IMG/VR virus record: IMGVR_UViG_3300046823_000135
Span: 1 to 46,198 of that record
Length of the DNA stretch: 46,198 bases
Source of the DNA: a virus
Lineage: Duplodnaviria; Caudoviricetes
Reading direction: 5' to 3' (one strand)
This document shows, in pieces, positions 24,916 to 34,812 of the stretch (position 1 is the first letter of the stretch; every line of letters begins with the position of its first letter). The translations under genes were made by a program, and so were the position numbers. The notes below the pieces were generated by a model that was not told where the DNA came from, made no database searches, and was given only the letters and a program-made list of their open reading frames with translations.

Positions 24916-26444
24916 CCTTCCAGACCTGTGACCTTTCGCCGTTCGTCGCCAAGGTGGTGGCCCAGAAGGGCAGCCTTGAAGACGCGGCGTCGGCGCTACA
25001 GATCTTCATCCGCCAACTCGAGGGCTACCTCCGCCAGCTGAAGGCGGCCATCTGCACAGACCTCGGGAACGCTGGCGGGGTCAAGAACTTCATCGACCTG
25101 CTCGACGTGCCGAACACCTACTTCGGCTCGGCCAACAAGCTGGTCAGGGTGAACAGTCTTGCTGACGGGCTCGAGTTCTTCACGTCGCCCTACGCCACCG
25201 CGTTCCTCGACCTGATCGACGTGCCGCACAGCTACGCTGGCGCATCGCTCAAGGGGGTGCGGGTCAACGTCGGAGAGACCGGGCTCGAGTTCTACCTGCG
25301 ATCGCTGATCGGCCTGTCCGACTTCCCTGCGAGCTACACGAGCCAGGCGCTCAAGTTCCTGCGGGTGAACGCTGCAGCGACGGCCGTGGAGTTCGTCGTC
25401 GCCGCCTTGACGCTGCTGAGCGACTTCCCGGCAAGCTACTCCGGCGCCGCGTTGAAGGCTCTCCGAGTCAACGCTGGTGCGACCGCGGTGGAGTTCTTCA
25501 CCCAGGCGCTCACGCTGCTCAGCGACTTCCCGGCGAACTACAGCGGTGCGGCGCTGAAGCGACTCCGGGTGAACGGGGCTGCTACAGCCGTCGAGTTCAT
25601 CACCGACAGCTTCATCAACCTGAGCGACTGCCCAGCCAGCTACAGCGGAGCTGCAAACAAGGTTGTTGGTGTCAATGCTGCTGCGAATGGATTGGTGTTC
25701 TTCGACACCACGATCTCCGACCTCGGCGCGGTTATCACGCCGTTCACGAGAGCCCTTTGGCTTCCATCGACTGACATCACTACAGCGTTCCTTGGTGCGA
25801 AGCCGACGTTCGCCGGTGCTGGCGCAGTCCGCGGAATGGACGGTGGCGTCGCATTGGCGACAACCAACCTCCTCACATCTTCAGTCGGATTCATCATCAC
25901 CGCCGCCTCGACTGCTGCAGGTCAGGCTGCGAGCATCCGATCCAACCCGATGGTCTGGAGAGGCAATGCTTCCGGCCTTGGCGGGTTCAAGGTCAAGGCT
26001 AGGTTTGCGACGGAACGGGCGATCGCGCAACAGAGGTCGTTCATCGGCCTGACGGCGACTGATGCGCTTCTGTCCAACGCCAACCCATCAACCTTCTTGA
26101 ATCTGTGCGGGTTCAGCTACGACAGCGCAGCAACCAACTGGTCGACGATCACAAATGATGGATCTGGAACGGCAACCACCAGCAGCCTCGGCGTCGGCTA
26201 CCCGGTCGATGCGACCACGGTCTTCGAGATGACCCTAGTTGCTCAACCGAATGGCTCAGCGATCGACTGGACCATCGCCAACCTGACATCGGGCGCGAGC
26301 ACAAGCGGATCGTTCTCTAGCGACCTACCGTCGAACACTTCTTTCCTGTGTTTCCAGTTCTGGTCCAACAACGGAACGTCTTCTGGTGCCGGCAACGACC
26401 CGAAGGCCACGTTCATGCACATCATCGTTGCGCAGTTTGGGTAA
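24912..26444 (+). CDS. Tail fibre / receptor-binding protein
   Basis: Six ~34-aa repeats followed by an S/T/G-rich beta C-terminal domain. Confidence 0.8.
   Translation: MTFQTCDLSPFVAKVVAQKGSLEDAASALQIFIRQLEGYLRQLKAAICTDLGNAGGVKNFIDLLDVPNTYFGSANKLVRVNSLADGLEFFTSPYATAFLDLIDVPHSYAGASLKGVRVNVGETGLEFYLRSLIGLSDFPASYTSQALKFLRVNAAATAVEFVVAALTLLSDFPASYSGAALKALRVNAGATAVEFFTQALTLLSDFPANYSGAALKRLRVNGAATAVEFITDSFINLSDCPASYSGAANKVVGVNAAANGLVFFDTTISDLGAVITPFTRALWLPSTDITTAFLGAKPTFAGAGAVRGMDGGVALATTNLLTSSVGFIITAASTAAGQAASIRSNPMVWRGNASGLGGFKVKARFATERAIAQQRSFIGLTATDALLSNANPSTFLNLCGFSYDSAATNWSTITNDGSGTATTSSLGVGYPVDATTVFEMTLVAQPNGSAIDWTIANLTSGASTSGSFSSDLPSNTSFLCFQFWSNNGTSSGAGNDPKATFMHIIVAQFG
25089..25703 (+). 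repeat. Six tandem ~34-aa fibre repeats (L.D.P..Y.G...K..RVN......EF)
   Basis: For example LTLLSDFPASYSGAALKALRVNAGATAVEFF and LTLLSDFPANYSGAALKRLRVNGAATAVEFI. Confidence 0.9.
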
Positions 26445-26453
26445 CCTCCCACC

Positions 26454-27236
26454 ATGACCGCCACCGCTCCTCCGCCGACGATCCAGCAGCCGGCCGGCGC
26501 ACAGGCGCCGCCGACCGTGCAGGGTCTTCCTCCGACAGGACTGCAGCAGCAGCTGGCGACGATCAACGCGAACCACGCCAGCGCGTCCGCGCAGGGGATC
26601 CACAGCAACCCGCAGGCGGCCAACCAGGCACTGCCGGCCTCGGTGACTGGCGGTCAACCTGGCGCCCAGCCGCGTGGCTCCACGTCGCTCGGCCAGCTGG
26701 CCAAGACCCTCGCCACCTCCTACGGCCTGGCTCTGCCGCGTGGCGACATCGTGGACGAGCAGGGCAACTTCCTCGTCACCCCGGACCAGCTGGCGTCAGC
26801 GAGCGGCGGCAAGGAGTCGATGGGCACCGCCGCGGCGAAGATGAACTACATCGCCGACGCGATCCAGCGGCAGCAACAGCAGCAGGAGCTGCAGAAGTCT
26901 GAGGCGGCACTTGCCACTGGTGCCGGCCTCGTCGGCAAGCGAGGCCGCGGGTCGCTCGCCATGCTGCAGGAAGGCACCTACAACAACATCGCTCAGCTCT
27001 ACCAGAGCCAGCAGCACAAGGCGGCAGACTTCAGCTACTTCATCGAGAAGGAGAAGCTGGACCTGGCTGCACAGATCCAAGAGCGCCAACGCAAACTGGA
27101 ACGCAACAAGGCTCGAGGTCAGTTCGTCACCGGCGTCGGTCTCGGCGTTGCCGGCATCCTCTCTGGCAACTTCAGTGTGGCAACTGCTGGCGCTGCTCAG
27201 GCTGGCGGAAGTGCGGGCGCGACCGGATGGTTCTGA
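26454..27236 (+). CDS. Putative internal virion / ejection protein
   Basis: A/Q/G-rich with hydrophobic Gly-rich C-terminus; synteny. Confidence 0.6.
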   Translation: MTATAPPPTIQQPAGAQAPPTVQGLPPTGLQQQLATINANHASASAQGIHSNPQAANQALPASVTGGQPGAQPRGSTSLGQLAKTLATSYGLALPRGDIVDEQGNFLVTPDQLASASGGKESMGTAAAKMNYIADAIQRQQQQQELQKSEAALATGAGLVGKRGRGSLAMLQEGTYNNIAQLYQSQQHKAADFSYFIEKEKLDLAAQIQERQRKLERNKARGQFVTGVGLGVAGILSGNFSVATAGAAQAGGSAGATGWF

Positions 27237-27270
27237 TGCAGCCGTAGCGAATTGAAAACGGAATAAAATC

Positions 27271-28527
27271 ATGCCGACAATCGGACGAGACCCGGAGATC
27301 ACCAAGAACGAGATCGAAGCTGGCAGGCGCGGCGGTGAAGCTGCGCAGGCCGCCTCCGACTCGATCGACAAGACCTACGAGAGCGGTGAGAGGAACGCCA
27401 CTCAGATGGCTTCCGTGTTCGGCAGCGCAGAGGCCCAGGGCGAGCAGAGCAAGGAGACGAGGCGCAGCAACCAGATGCGCGAGGCGCAGACCAGCGACCA
27501 GCAAGACATCGAGATGGCTGATCGCGGTCTCGAGCAGCAAGGCCCCTCCCGCGCCGATCGTCTCCGTCAGGAGATGGAGAACGGACGGCAGTCGGCGCAG
27601 ATGGACAAGCCGCTCGAGGTGCAGGGCCCGGACAGCAAGACCGGCACCGTGCAGCAGAGCGAACAGAGGAAGTCACTCGACACAGAGAAGATGGCCGCTG
27701 CCAAGCTGAACTCGCAGGCGCACATGCTGGAGGCCAGCAAGCGTCTGCAGGACGCCAAGATCAAGGGTGACACCGAAGGCGAGAAGGCGGCGATCAAGGA
27801 TCTCCACGAGCCGATCGTCAGTGCGGCGAAGCTCTACGACGAAGGGAAGAACTACAAGCTCGATGATGCGCAGTGGAACAACATCGAGCAGCTGGCAACC
27901 ATTGAGGGCAAGGGCGTTCCTGATCAGGCGCTGCAGCAGGAGTTGAAGACCAAGACCTTTGGTCCTGCGGTTGGTCGCTTCCTGCAGAGCCACCTCAACT
28001 TCCAGGCCCTCAAGTTCACTGCCGGGACCGGCCACCTGCCCGACGGCAAGCTGGTCGACATGGCGAGTCCAGAGTGGCAGGCGTTCGGGACGACGGCCGG
28101 CGCCGTGCAGAGTTGGTTGGCGATGTCGGACGCGATGACCGGAGGCCTGACCTCGTTCGGGATGAAGATCAACTCGATCGCCGACAAGAACGCGGTGATC
28201 AACCGGATGTCGGCTACGGCTATGCTCGAAGGCATGAAGCCGTTGACTCCTCAAGGCGGCTCCAACCCAGTGCCGTCTCAAGGAGGCGCAAGTGCCAGAC
28301 CTCAACAACCCGGATCTGGAGCCGAAGGCTCCCCCCCACCCGACATCCGTCGCCAGCGAAGAGCCCTTGGGGGGCCAAACCCAAACGCTGGAACCGACGA
28401 GCAGCAGCTCCAGGAGCGCGAGCAGCGAGGGATCGACTTCCAGCAATCCGTCGACGAGCGGCGGCGGGGCAAGGTCGGCGACTCTGGAGCAGCCGAGTCC
28501 ATCCGAAGAGCAAGGTCAGGATACTGA
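27271..28527 (+). CDS. Putative internal virion / ejection protein
   Basis: Charged helical protein just before the giant ejection protein. Confidence 0.6.
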   Translation: MPTIGRDPEITKNEIEAGRRGGEAAQAASDSIDKTYESGERNATQMASVFGSAEAQGEQSKETRRSNQMREAQTSDQQDIEMADRGLEQQGPSRADRLRQEMENGRQSAQMDKPLEVQGPDSKTGTVQQSEQRKSLDTEKMAAAKLNSQAHMLEASKRLQDAKIKGDTEGEKAAIKDLHEPIVSAAKLYDEGKNYKLDDAQWNNIEQLATIEGKGVPDQALQQELKTKTFGPAVGRFLQSHLNFQALKFTAGTGHLPDGKLVDMASPEWQAFGTTAGAVQSWLAMSDAMTGGLTSFGMKINSIADKNAVINRMSATAMLEGMKPLTPQGGSNPVPSQGGASARPQQPGSGAEGSPPPDIRRQRRALGGPNPNAGTDEQQLQEREQRGIDFQQSVDERRRGKVGDSGAAESIRRARSGY

Positions 28528-31500
28528 TCAAGGCGGAGAGGGTGGCGAAGAACCGCAGGGCGACGAGGAGCCGCAGGGCCCCGGCGGCCACACCCCAAGC
28601 AGTTTCCTCGCCACTGAGCAGGTCGGCTGGCTGACCAAGGACATCAACAAGGCGGTTCGATCGGGGGACTCGAAGACCGCTGCCAGGTTGATGGACGAGC
28701 AGTTCGCCAAGGTGATGGAGGGACTGCACACGCAGGAGTTCCTCAGCCAGGCGCAACACCCACTGCTGGCGAGTCCCAACATGGAGAAGTCCCGGCCAGA
28801 GGTCGCCATGGCCGCGGTCGCTTCTCAGGTCGCGCGCCGCGAGATGATGATCGGCGACGTGCTGCAGCGGCACGACTGGGGGAGCATCCAGAGCTACGGC
28901 GACTCGATCGTGGAACGCTACAAGACGCGCAACAAGGCGCCGCTGATCAACGAGACCGCAGGCATGACCCCGCAGCAACTGCAGGACATGACCTACCAGT
29001 TCGAGCCTGTCCGCGTGGATCCGAACGAGGTGGCGCAGTTCAGGCAGCGTCTGGTGAAGCTCGACCAGGAGATGAGGCCGCTCGGCACCTCCGTCTGGAC
29101 GGACACCAGAACGGCACGCATCGCCAAGATCCTGAACGTCGAGGCTGGCCCAGGCACTCCAGGCTACCTGAAGAGCGAAGAGCAGAGCATCACAGGACAG
29201 ATGTCGCTACCAGAGCGCGCGCTGCTGCAGGTCAGGTTTGGCGCTGAGGAAGCGGCCCAGGAGACCATCGACATCGCAGAGGGTGTAGCGTCAACGTTGG
29301 AGACGCTTGGCTCGAGGTCGCTCGACGCGCTGACTGGCGGCAACGGCGCCGCGCACTACAACCCGCCGACGAACTGGGTGCAGGACGCGGAAGGCAAGTG
29401 GTGGAACAACGGCGGCAAGGTCGGCGTGAGCGAGATCACCTCGGCCATTTGGTATCAGATGACCGGCCACCTGATCCAGAAGGAGATGCAGGACTACGGC
29501 GACGCGAAGTCCGCGGCGATCATGCGCGAGAGCGGGATCGAGTCGCTGGCAACTGGTGTTGGCCACGTCATCGGCTCGTTCGCCCCCTACATGGCGACCG
29601 GCGGTGTCGCCACGAAGTGGATCACCAAGGGTCTCGGTTGGCTGGCGACTGGTGGAAAGGCCGTGGAGAGTCTGGGGAGAGCCGCCAAGATCACCCAGTG
29701 GCTCGCTGAGGGTGCCGGCGCTGCTGCCGGCATGGGTGCCTACGAGGGCGTGAAGAACGGCAAGATCGAGGGCTACGGCGTCGCCTTCGCCGAGGGCGCC
29801 AAGATGGGCCTCCTGATGATGATGATGGGGGCCATGGGCCGCAGCACGGAGCGGCTCCTGAACCGGACGATCGGCATCCCGGCAAAGCTCGCCCAGGTTC
29901 TGTCTGGGGCTGCTGAGGGTGTTGGCTTCGCCCACCTGGACCCACACACCTGGGAGCTCGGTTGGCAGTTCCTGAAGAACCCCAACGCCGACACCTTCGC
30001 CCCCTACGCCAAGGTCATGGCGATCAACTCGATCGCGATGGCGGCGATCAAGGGCGCCACCGGCACCACCCCTGGCGGCATGGCCGGCGAGGGGCTTCGT
30101 GACCTCCGTCAGCAACAGGAGCTGTCGAAGACTGCTGCGGGCGCTGCTGCTCCAGAAGAGGTGGCTGCCGCAGCTACCTCGGAAGGGGTCTCAACAGAGG
30201 CCCTGGGAGCTCACGGAGAGGCGCTGCGGCAGCGGGAGGTGACGGCCGGGAAGCTGCCGGAGCAGGCGCTGGAGGCACACCAGCGCGTCAAGGAGACCGG
30301 GGAACGACTCAACCTGGAGCGCACCGGCCTGGCGTCGACCGAGGCGGAGAAGCAGGACGTGCGGTTCTCCACCGTGGAGGAGCTGCGGCGGATCAACGAG
30401 ATGCCGACTGGCCACGAGAAGAACCAGGCGATCATCGACGCGCTCAACAGGTCGCGTGGGGCCCTGGGCAAGAGCTTCGCCAAGTTCGCTGAGGATGTTG
30501 TTCCCAAGGTCATTGGCCGTGAAGAGTTGGAGCGTGCCAAGGAGATCGGCGAGGCTGGGCAGACCGTCGCCAAGATGTTGGGGGTGCGCTACCAGCCACC
30601 TGAACGAGGCGTGAACGAGACTGGAAACGAGCCATCCTCGTTCATTCAGCACGTCGCCAGGGAGACTCCGGGCGAAACGCCCATAGTGGGCTCAGGGGCA
30701 GATTCTGAACGACTCATGGCTCGTAGCGAGCCGCGAAAGCCGGCCCCTGGCGAGCCAGCCAGCCAGCGTCTGCAGCCATCGCTCGAGCAGGAAGGCGTGC
30801 CAGGCACCGCCAAGATCAGGGCCAGCGACGTGCTCAGGGACATGCAGGGCTACGAGGGTGACCCGGTGCGCGTCCCCATCCGCCAGGGAGTCGGCGTCAG
30901 GGGTCACAGCACCAAGGGTATCCTGGGCTGGTTCCACAACCACGAGAACCTGGTGCGCATGGAGGGCGCCAGGGACACAGTGACCGCGGCGCACGAGTGG
31001 ACGCATGCCATGGACAGGGCTGCTGGCTTCCCTTCTGGCAACGTCCAGGACGTTGCCGGACTGAAGGCTGCTGCCGCCACCTATCCTGGCCTGGAGAAGC
31101 TGCCGGAGAAGTCACAACGCAGTGAGGGTTGGGCCGAGTTCTGGGCACGGCACATGCTCGACGACCCGGACCTCAAGAAGGACACCGGCGCCTTCCACGA
31201 CGAAGCGATGAAGTGGATGGCGCAACCGCAGCAAGCCGAGATCCGTGCGCAGATGGAGCGGATCCAGAGCTCGTTGCGTCAGCATCGAGATCAAGGCGCG
31301 GTGAAGCGCGGCGAGGCTGGCATCCACTTCTACGACGACCAGCGCAGCCTGCAGGAGCTTCGCTCGGTCGGGATCATGCGTGACACGGTGCCGCAGAAGG
31401 TTGCCGGCTTCTTCAGGAAGCTCCGCACAGCCTTCCGCAAGGCGATGACCGACGACCTGGTTGGCTTGAAGCAAGCGCAGTTCGAGTCGTTGCGTCGTGA

Positions 31501-34039
31501 GCTCGGTGACGAGGAGGCGGCAACCAAGGCGCTACAGGACACACCGATCACCTCCAACCCTGCCAGGTTGATGGACACCTTGAGGATGACGGCGAGCAAG
31601 CAGGCCGAGAGGTTCTTGCTGCACGCCACTCACAACCTTGAAGGGAAGAAGACCGGCGAGTCCGCGGTGGAAGCAATCGGAGGCTTCGAGAGCAAGCAGC
31701 AGGAGCGTGACTTCAAGAACTACCTGCGCGCGAAGCGCGAACTCGAGGACACAGCTAAGGGTCGAGAGACTCAACTCAGCAAGCAAGACAACATGACCGT
31801 TGTCGCCAAGCTAGAGACGCCAGACTTCATCGACAAGGCGAAGCGACTCAAGGAATATGACAACCGATTGATCGACTACGGCACTGAAGCTGGGCTCTGG
31901 AACGAGGACCAGGCCAACGCGATCAAGGGTGCCTATGAGACCTACGTTCCGTTCCAGCGCGTCATCGAGGGACCGAAGGTTGTGTCACCTGGTCGTGGTG
32001 TGGCTGAGCGCGGCACCGGCGTGCGCGCTGCTCATGGTTCGCAGATCGAGATAGTCGACCCGTTCACGTCGATCGCCAACATGACGAGAAACGTTATCAC
32101 CAAGGCGCAGCAGAACATGGTGATGAAGGCGATGGTGAAGTTCGGACTGCATCACGAAGGCGTCGGCAGTTTCGTGACCGAGGTGAAGCGCGGCATCCTT
32201 CCGCAAGGCCACCCACTTGAAGCTGTGGTCAAGGCATTGCAGGCTGGCGCGCAAAGCGAGCAAGCCTCGATGGCTCTCGACAAGGTTGGTGATCTGCTAG
32301 AGAAGATGGCCGACGCTGGCGAGATCGGCGCCATGGTCACGCTGTTTGGTCAGCAGACCATCCCGAAGGGTAGCAAGCCGTTGATTGCGCACACCCTCCA
32401 CCTGACCGAGGACGAGATCAACGGGTTGCCGACCAAGCGAGCTCAGCAAATGGCTCGTGGGAAGAACGGCAAGCTGCTGTGGCTCGAGGTCGACATGCAG
32501 GCCTACGACGCGCTGATGGGGATCACGACACCACAGAGCTTCGTCGACCTGATGCCTGACTTCGCCAAGGCAATTGTTGAGACGCCGACGCGAATGGTTC
32601 GGACCGGGGCCACTGTTGCTGCGCCAGCTTTCGCTGCACGCAACATGGTGCGCGACCTGGTGCAGAACGCGGTCTACACGAAGGGTGCCGGCGGAGTGAT
32701 CCCCGCGATCGGGCGAGCGATCAAGGGCGCTGCTGACGTCATCGGAAAGAGCGAAGAGGCAGAGCTCTGGGAGACGCTTGGCGGTAGCGCATCGACCTTC
32801 CACAGCACCGAGATCGCGGCAGGCAGGTCTGCCCCGATCCTGAGCGGAGCGCCGCGTGGAGCGTTCTCGAACCTGAAGTTCGTCTACGGCAAGATGGTCG
32901 ATGCGATCAGCTCTCCAGAGAGCTACCTGCGCATCCAAGAGATGAAGATGGCCAGGGACAAGGCCATCACCGAAGGCAAGAGCACTCTCGAAGCCAACCT
33001 GATCGGTCTCGAGGCCGGACGAGAGAGCGGCATCAACTACGCGCGCATGGGCAGTCTCGTGCGCGGCCTGAACAGGTTGATCCCCTACACCGGCGCCTCA
33101 GTCAACGCGACCGGCAAGTTCCTCCGTCAGCTCAGCGGCGCTGACGGAAAGGACATCCAGCTCAAGTCGATTTTGCGAGGGTTCACCTCGATCACGGTGC
33201 CAACTTTGGCGCTCTGGTGGCTCAACAAGGACAAGGAGTGGTATCAGCAGTTGCCTGAGTGGGAGAGGCTCAACTACTGGCACTTCGATCTGCCGTTTGG
33301 CCTGCCGAGACTGAAGCTCAGCAAGCCGTTCGAGCTCGGCAAGCTGTTTGGCAACCTGCCCGAACAGATGGCCGACATGATGCATGGCAGCAACCCAATG
33401 GACACGAGCAAAGTCGTCGGCGACTTCTTCCAGAGTCTGCTGCCGAACTCGATGATGCCATCATTTGTCGCGCCGATCGTCGCTGCTTGGGCCAACAAGG
33501 ATCCGTTCACTGGTAGAGCGATTGTGCCAGACTGGATGGAGCGCAGCCGACTGCCGCATGATCAGGTCAGCGCCTACACCAGGTGGTATGCCAAGATGCT
33601 CTCGGAGGCGTTCCAGCTCACCGGGTTCGACGTTTCCCCGATGCACCTCGAACACTTCACCAACCAAATGACCGGCGGAATGGTTGGCAGGATCAATGAC
33701 TTCTCCGAGTCGATGGCGGAGCTCGGCGGTCTGGTGAAGACGCACGAGCACACGCACGCCACAGATATTCCAGTGGTCGGCACCATGTTCGGCCGCGGAG
33801 ACTTCACGCAGAGCCGCGCAGTCCAACAGGTTTTCGATCTTAGCAACGAGCTCGATCAGAAGGCTGGAAGCAAGCAGCTGACCGGGCGCGAGACCGCAAT
33901 GCGTCACCAAGTGGAAGCGACGAAGAAGAGGATCAGCTTCATCATGGGGCAGGCGAGAGACGGACGGATCACCCGTGACGAAGCGAACGAGCAGGCATAC
34001 CATGCAGCGCAGACCACGTTGAATAGGTTCAAGCCATGA
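28292..34039 (+). CDS. Giant internal virion polyvalent protein with zincin-like motif and LPD38-like C-terminus
   Basis: AAHEWTHAMD...EGWAEF; C-terminal YQQLPEWER..YW, KPFELG, NKDPFTGRAIVP; AAGGAGG RBS at 28280-28286. Confidence 0.8.
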   Translation: MPDLNNPDLEPKAPPHPTSVASEEPLGGQTQTLEPTSSSSRSASSEGSTSSNPSTSGGGARSATLEQPSPSEEQGQDTDQGGEGGEEPQGDEEPQGPGGHTPSSFLATEQVGWLTKDINKAVRSGDSKTAARLMDEQFAKVMEGLHTQEFLSQAQHPLLASPNMEKSRPEVAMAAVASQVARREMMIGDVLQRHDWGSIQSYGDSIVERYKTRNKAPLINETAGMTPQQLQDMTYQFEPVRVDPNEVAQFRQRLVKLDQEMRPLGTSVWTDTRTARIAKILNVEAGPGTPGYLKSEEQSITGQMSLPERALLQVRFGAEEAAQETIDIAEGVASTLETLGSRSLDALTGGNGAAHYNPPTNWVQDAEGKWWNNGGKVGVSEITSAIWYQMTGHLIQKEMQDYGDAKSAAIMRESGIESLATGVGHVIGSFAPYMATGGVATKWITKGLGWLATGGKAVESLGRAAKITQWLAEGAGAAAGMGAYEGVKNGKIEGYGVAFAEGAKMGLLMMMMGAMGRSTERLLNRTIGIPAKLAQVLSGAAEGVGFAHLDPHTWELGWQFLKNPNADTFAPYAKVMAINSIAMAAIKGATGTTPGGMAGEGLRDLRQQQELSKTAAGAAAPEEVAAAATSEGVSTEALGAHGEALRQREVTAGKLPEQALEAHQRVKETGERLNLERTGLASTEAEKQDVRFSTVEELRRINEMPTGHEKNQAIIDALNRSRGALGKSFAKFAEDVVPKVIGREELERAKEIGEAGQTVAKMLGVRYQPPERGVNETGNEPSSFIQHVARETPGETPIVGSGADSERLMARSEPRKPAPGEPASQRLQPSLEQEGVPGTAKIRASDVLRDMQGYEGDPVRVPIRQGVGVRGHSTKGILGWFHNHENLVRMEGARDTVTAAHEWTHAMDRAAGFPSGNVQDVAGLKAAAATYPGLEKLPEKSQRSEGWAEFWARHMLDDPDLKKDTGAFHDEAMKWMAQPQQAEIRAQMERIQSSLRQHRDQGAVKRGEAGIHFYDDQRSLQELRSVGIMRDTVPQKVAGFFRKLRTAFRKAMTDDLVGLKQAQFESLRRELGDEEAATKALQDTPITSNPARLMDTLRMTASKQAERFLLHATHNLEGKKTGESAVEAIGGFESKQQERDFKNYLRAKRELEDTAKGRETQLSKQDNMTVVAKLETPDFIDKAKRLKEYDNRLIDYGTEAGLWNEDQANAIKGAYETYVPFQRVIEGPKVVSPGRGVAERGTGVRAAHGSQIEIVDPFTSIANMTRNVITKAQQNMVMKAMVKFGLHHEGVGSFVTEVKRGILPQGHPLEAVVKALQAGAQSEQASMALDKVGDLLEKMADAGEIGAMVTLFGQQTIPKGSKPLIAHTLHLTEDEINGLPTKRAQQMARGKNGKLLWLEVDMQAYDALMGITTPQSFVDLMPDFAKAIVETPTRMVRTGATVAAPAFAARNMVRDLVQNAVYTKGAGGVIPAIGRAIKGAADVIGKSEEAELWETLGGSASTFHSTEIAAGRSAPILSGAPRGAFSNLKFVYGKMVDAISSPESYLRIQEMKMARDKAITEGKSTLEANLIGLEAGRESGINYARMGSLVRGLNRLIPYTGASVNATGKFLRQLSGADGKDIQLKSILRGFTSITVPTLALWWLNKDKEWYQQLPEWERLNYWHFDLPFGLPRLKLSKPFELGKLFGNLPEQMADMMHGSNPMDTSKVVGDFFQSLLPNSMMPSFVAPIVAAWANKDPFTGRAIVPDWMERSRLPHDQVSAYTRWYAKMLSEAFQLTGFDVSPMHLEHFTNQMTGGMVGRINDFSESMAELGGLVKTHEHTHATDIPVVGTMFGRGDFTQSRAVQQVFDLSNELDQKAGSKQLTGRETAMRHQVEATKKRISFIMGQARDGRITRDEANEQAYHAAQTTLNRFKP

Positions 34040-34431
34040 AGCTCCTCTGCCTGATTCTCCTCCTCTGCTTTCTGCCGTCCTGTCAGTTCTTCCGAGACCT
34101 CGCAAAAGACGAAGCGAGGAAGTTCTGGAACGAAGAGGCCAAGCCAGTGATCGAGGAGAAGATCACTGCGAAGCTCAACGAGAAGGCGCCGCAGCTCGTC
34201 GCTCAGCTCGACACGAACAAGAATGGGCGTGTCGAGCTCGACGAGATCAAGGGACTCAACGTGAAGGATCCACAGCTGTGGCTGACGGTGATGAACCTCA
34301 TCGGCACCCTGCTGGTCGCCAACGGGAGCAAAAAGCGTGATGACCAACTCTGGGACTCGCATGCGGACACGAAGGTCGCAATGGCCACTTCTGGCGTCCC
34401 TGTTCGCGGCTTCAGCGGCAACAGCAGCTAG
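34036..34431 (+). CDS. Lipoprotein with EF-hand-like loop and C-terminal hydrophobic segment
   Basis: MKLLCLILLLCFLPSC lipobox-like; DTNKNGRVELDE; LWLTVMNLIGTLLVA. Confidence 0.7.
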   Translation: MKLLCLILLLCFLPSCQFFRDLAKDEARKFWNEEAKPVIEEKITAKLNEKAPQLVAQLDTNKNGRVELDEIKGLNVKDPQLWLTVMNLIGTLLVANGSKKRDDQLWDSHADTKVAMATSGVPVRGFSGNSS

Positions 34432-34552
34432 TTGCGTCCACACCTTTGACGCAGTGTCGGCGTTGCCCGACGGCTACTGGACTGCGACCTACAACCTTTT
34501 TGACGGAGTGCTCTCGGACCTATGGTCTCTCCTGGCGATGATCTTGCCGTGA
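34337..34552 (+). CDS. Small putative lipoprotein
   Basis: GGGAG RBS; basic-hydrophobic-AASC signal; GTGA-coupled to the next gene. Confidence 0.5.
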   Translation: MMTNSGTRMRTRRSQWPLLASLFAASAATAASCVHTFDAVSALPDGYWTATYNLFDGVLSDLWSLLAMILP

Positions 34553-34812
34553 AGATCGACCCTGCCGCGGCCTTCCTGAAGCTTGGTCCAGCAGTAGGCG
34601 TGATGCTCGCCTTCGCGAGCGGCGCCGTGTGGATCAACGCGAACTTCCAAGACCTCTCCTTCAGCAACAAGCAACTCACGCAGTCGATCAACCAGCTCGA
34701 GCATCGGATCGACGGGATGCAGGACCGATGGACAACGAGAGACATGGCACAGTGGGTCGAGCTCCTGAAAGCGAAAAACTCGACCCTGTTGATTCCCGAC
34801 GTGCCTCGGTGA
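34549..34812 (+). CDS. Single-TM plus coiled-coil membrane protein (holin- or spanin-like position)
   Basis: LGPAVGVMLAFASGAVWI TM followed by heptads. Confidence 0.65.
   Translation: MKIDPAAAFLKLGPAVGVMLAFASGAVWINANFQDLSFSNKQLTQSINQLEHRIDGMQDRWTTRDMAQWVELLKAKNSTLLIPDVPR

Noticed and set aside
25089-25703. Tandem DNA repeats as a CRISPR array or DGR template/variable pair
   Set aside because: They are in-frame protein repeats without unique spacers; no cas or reverse transcriptase gene is present
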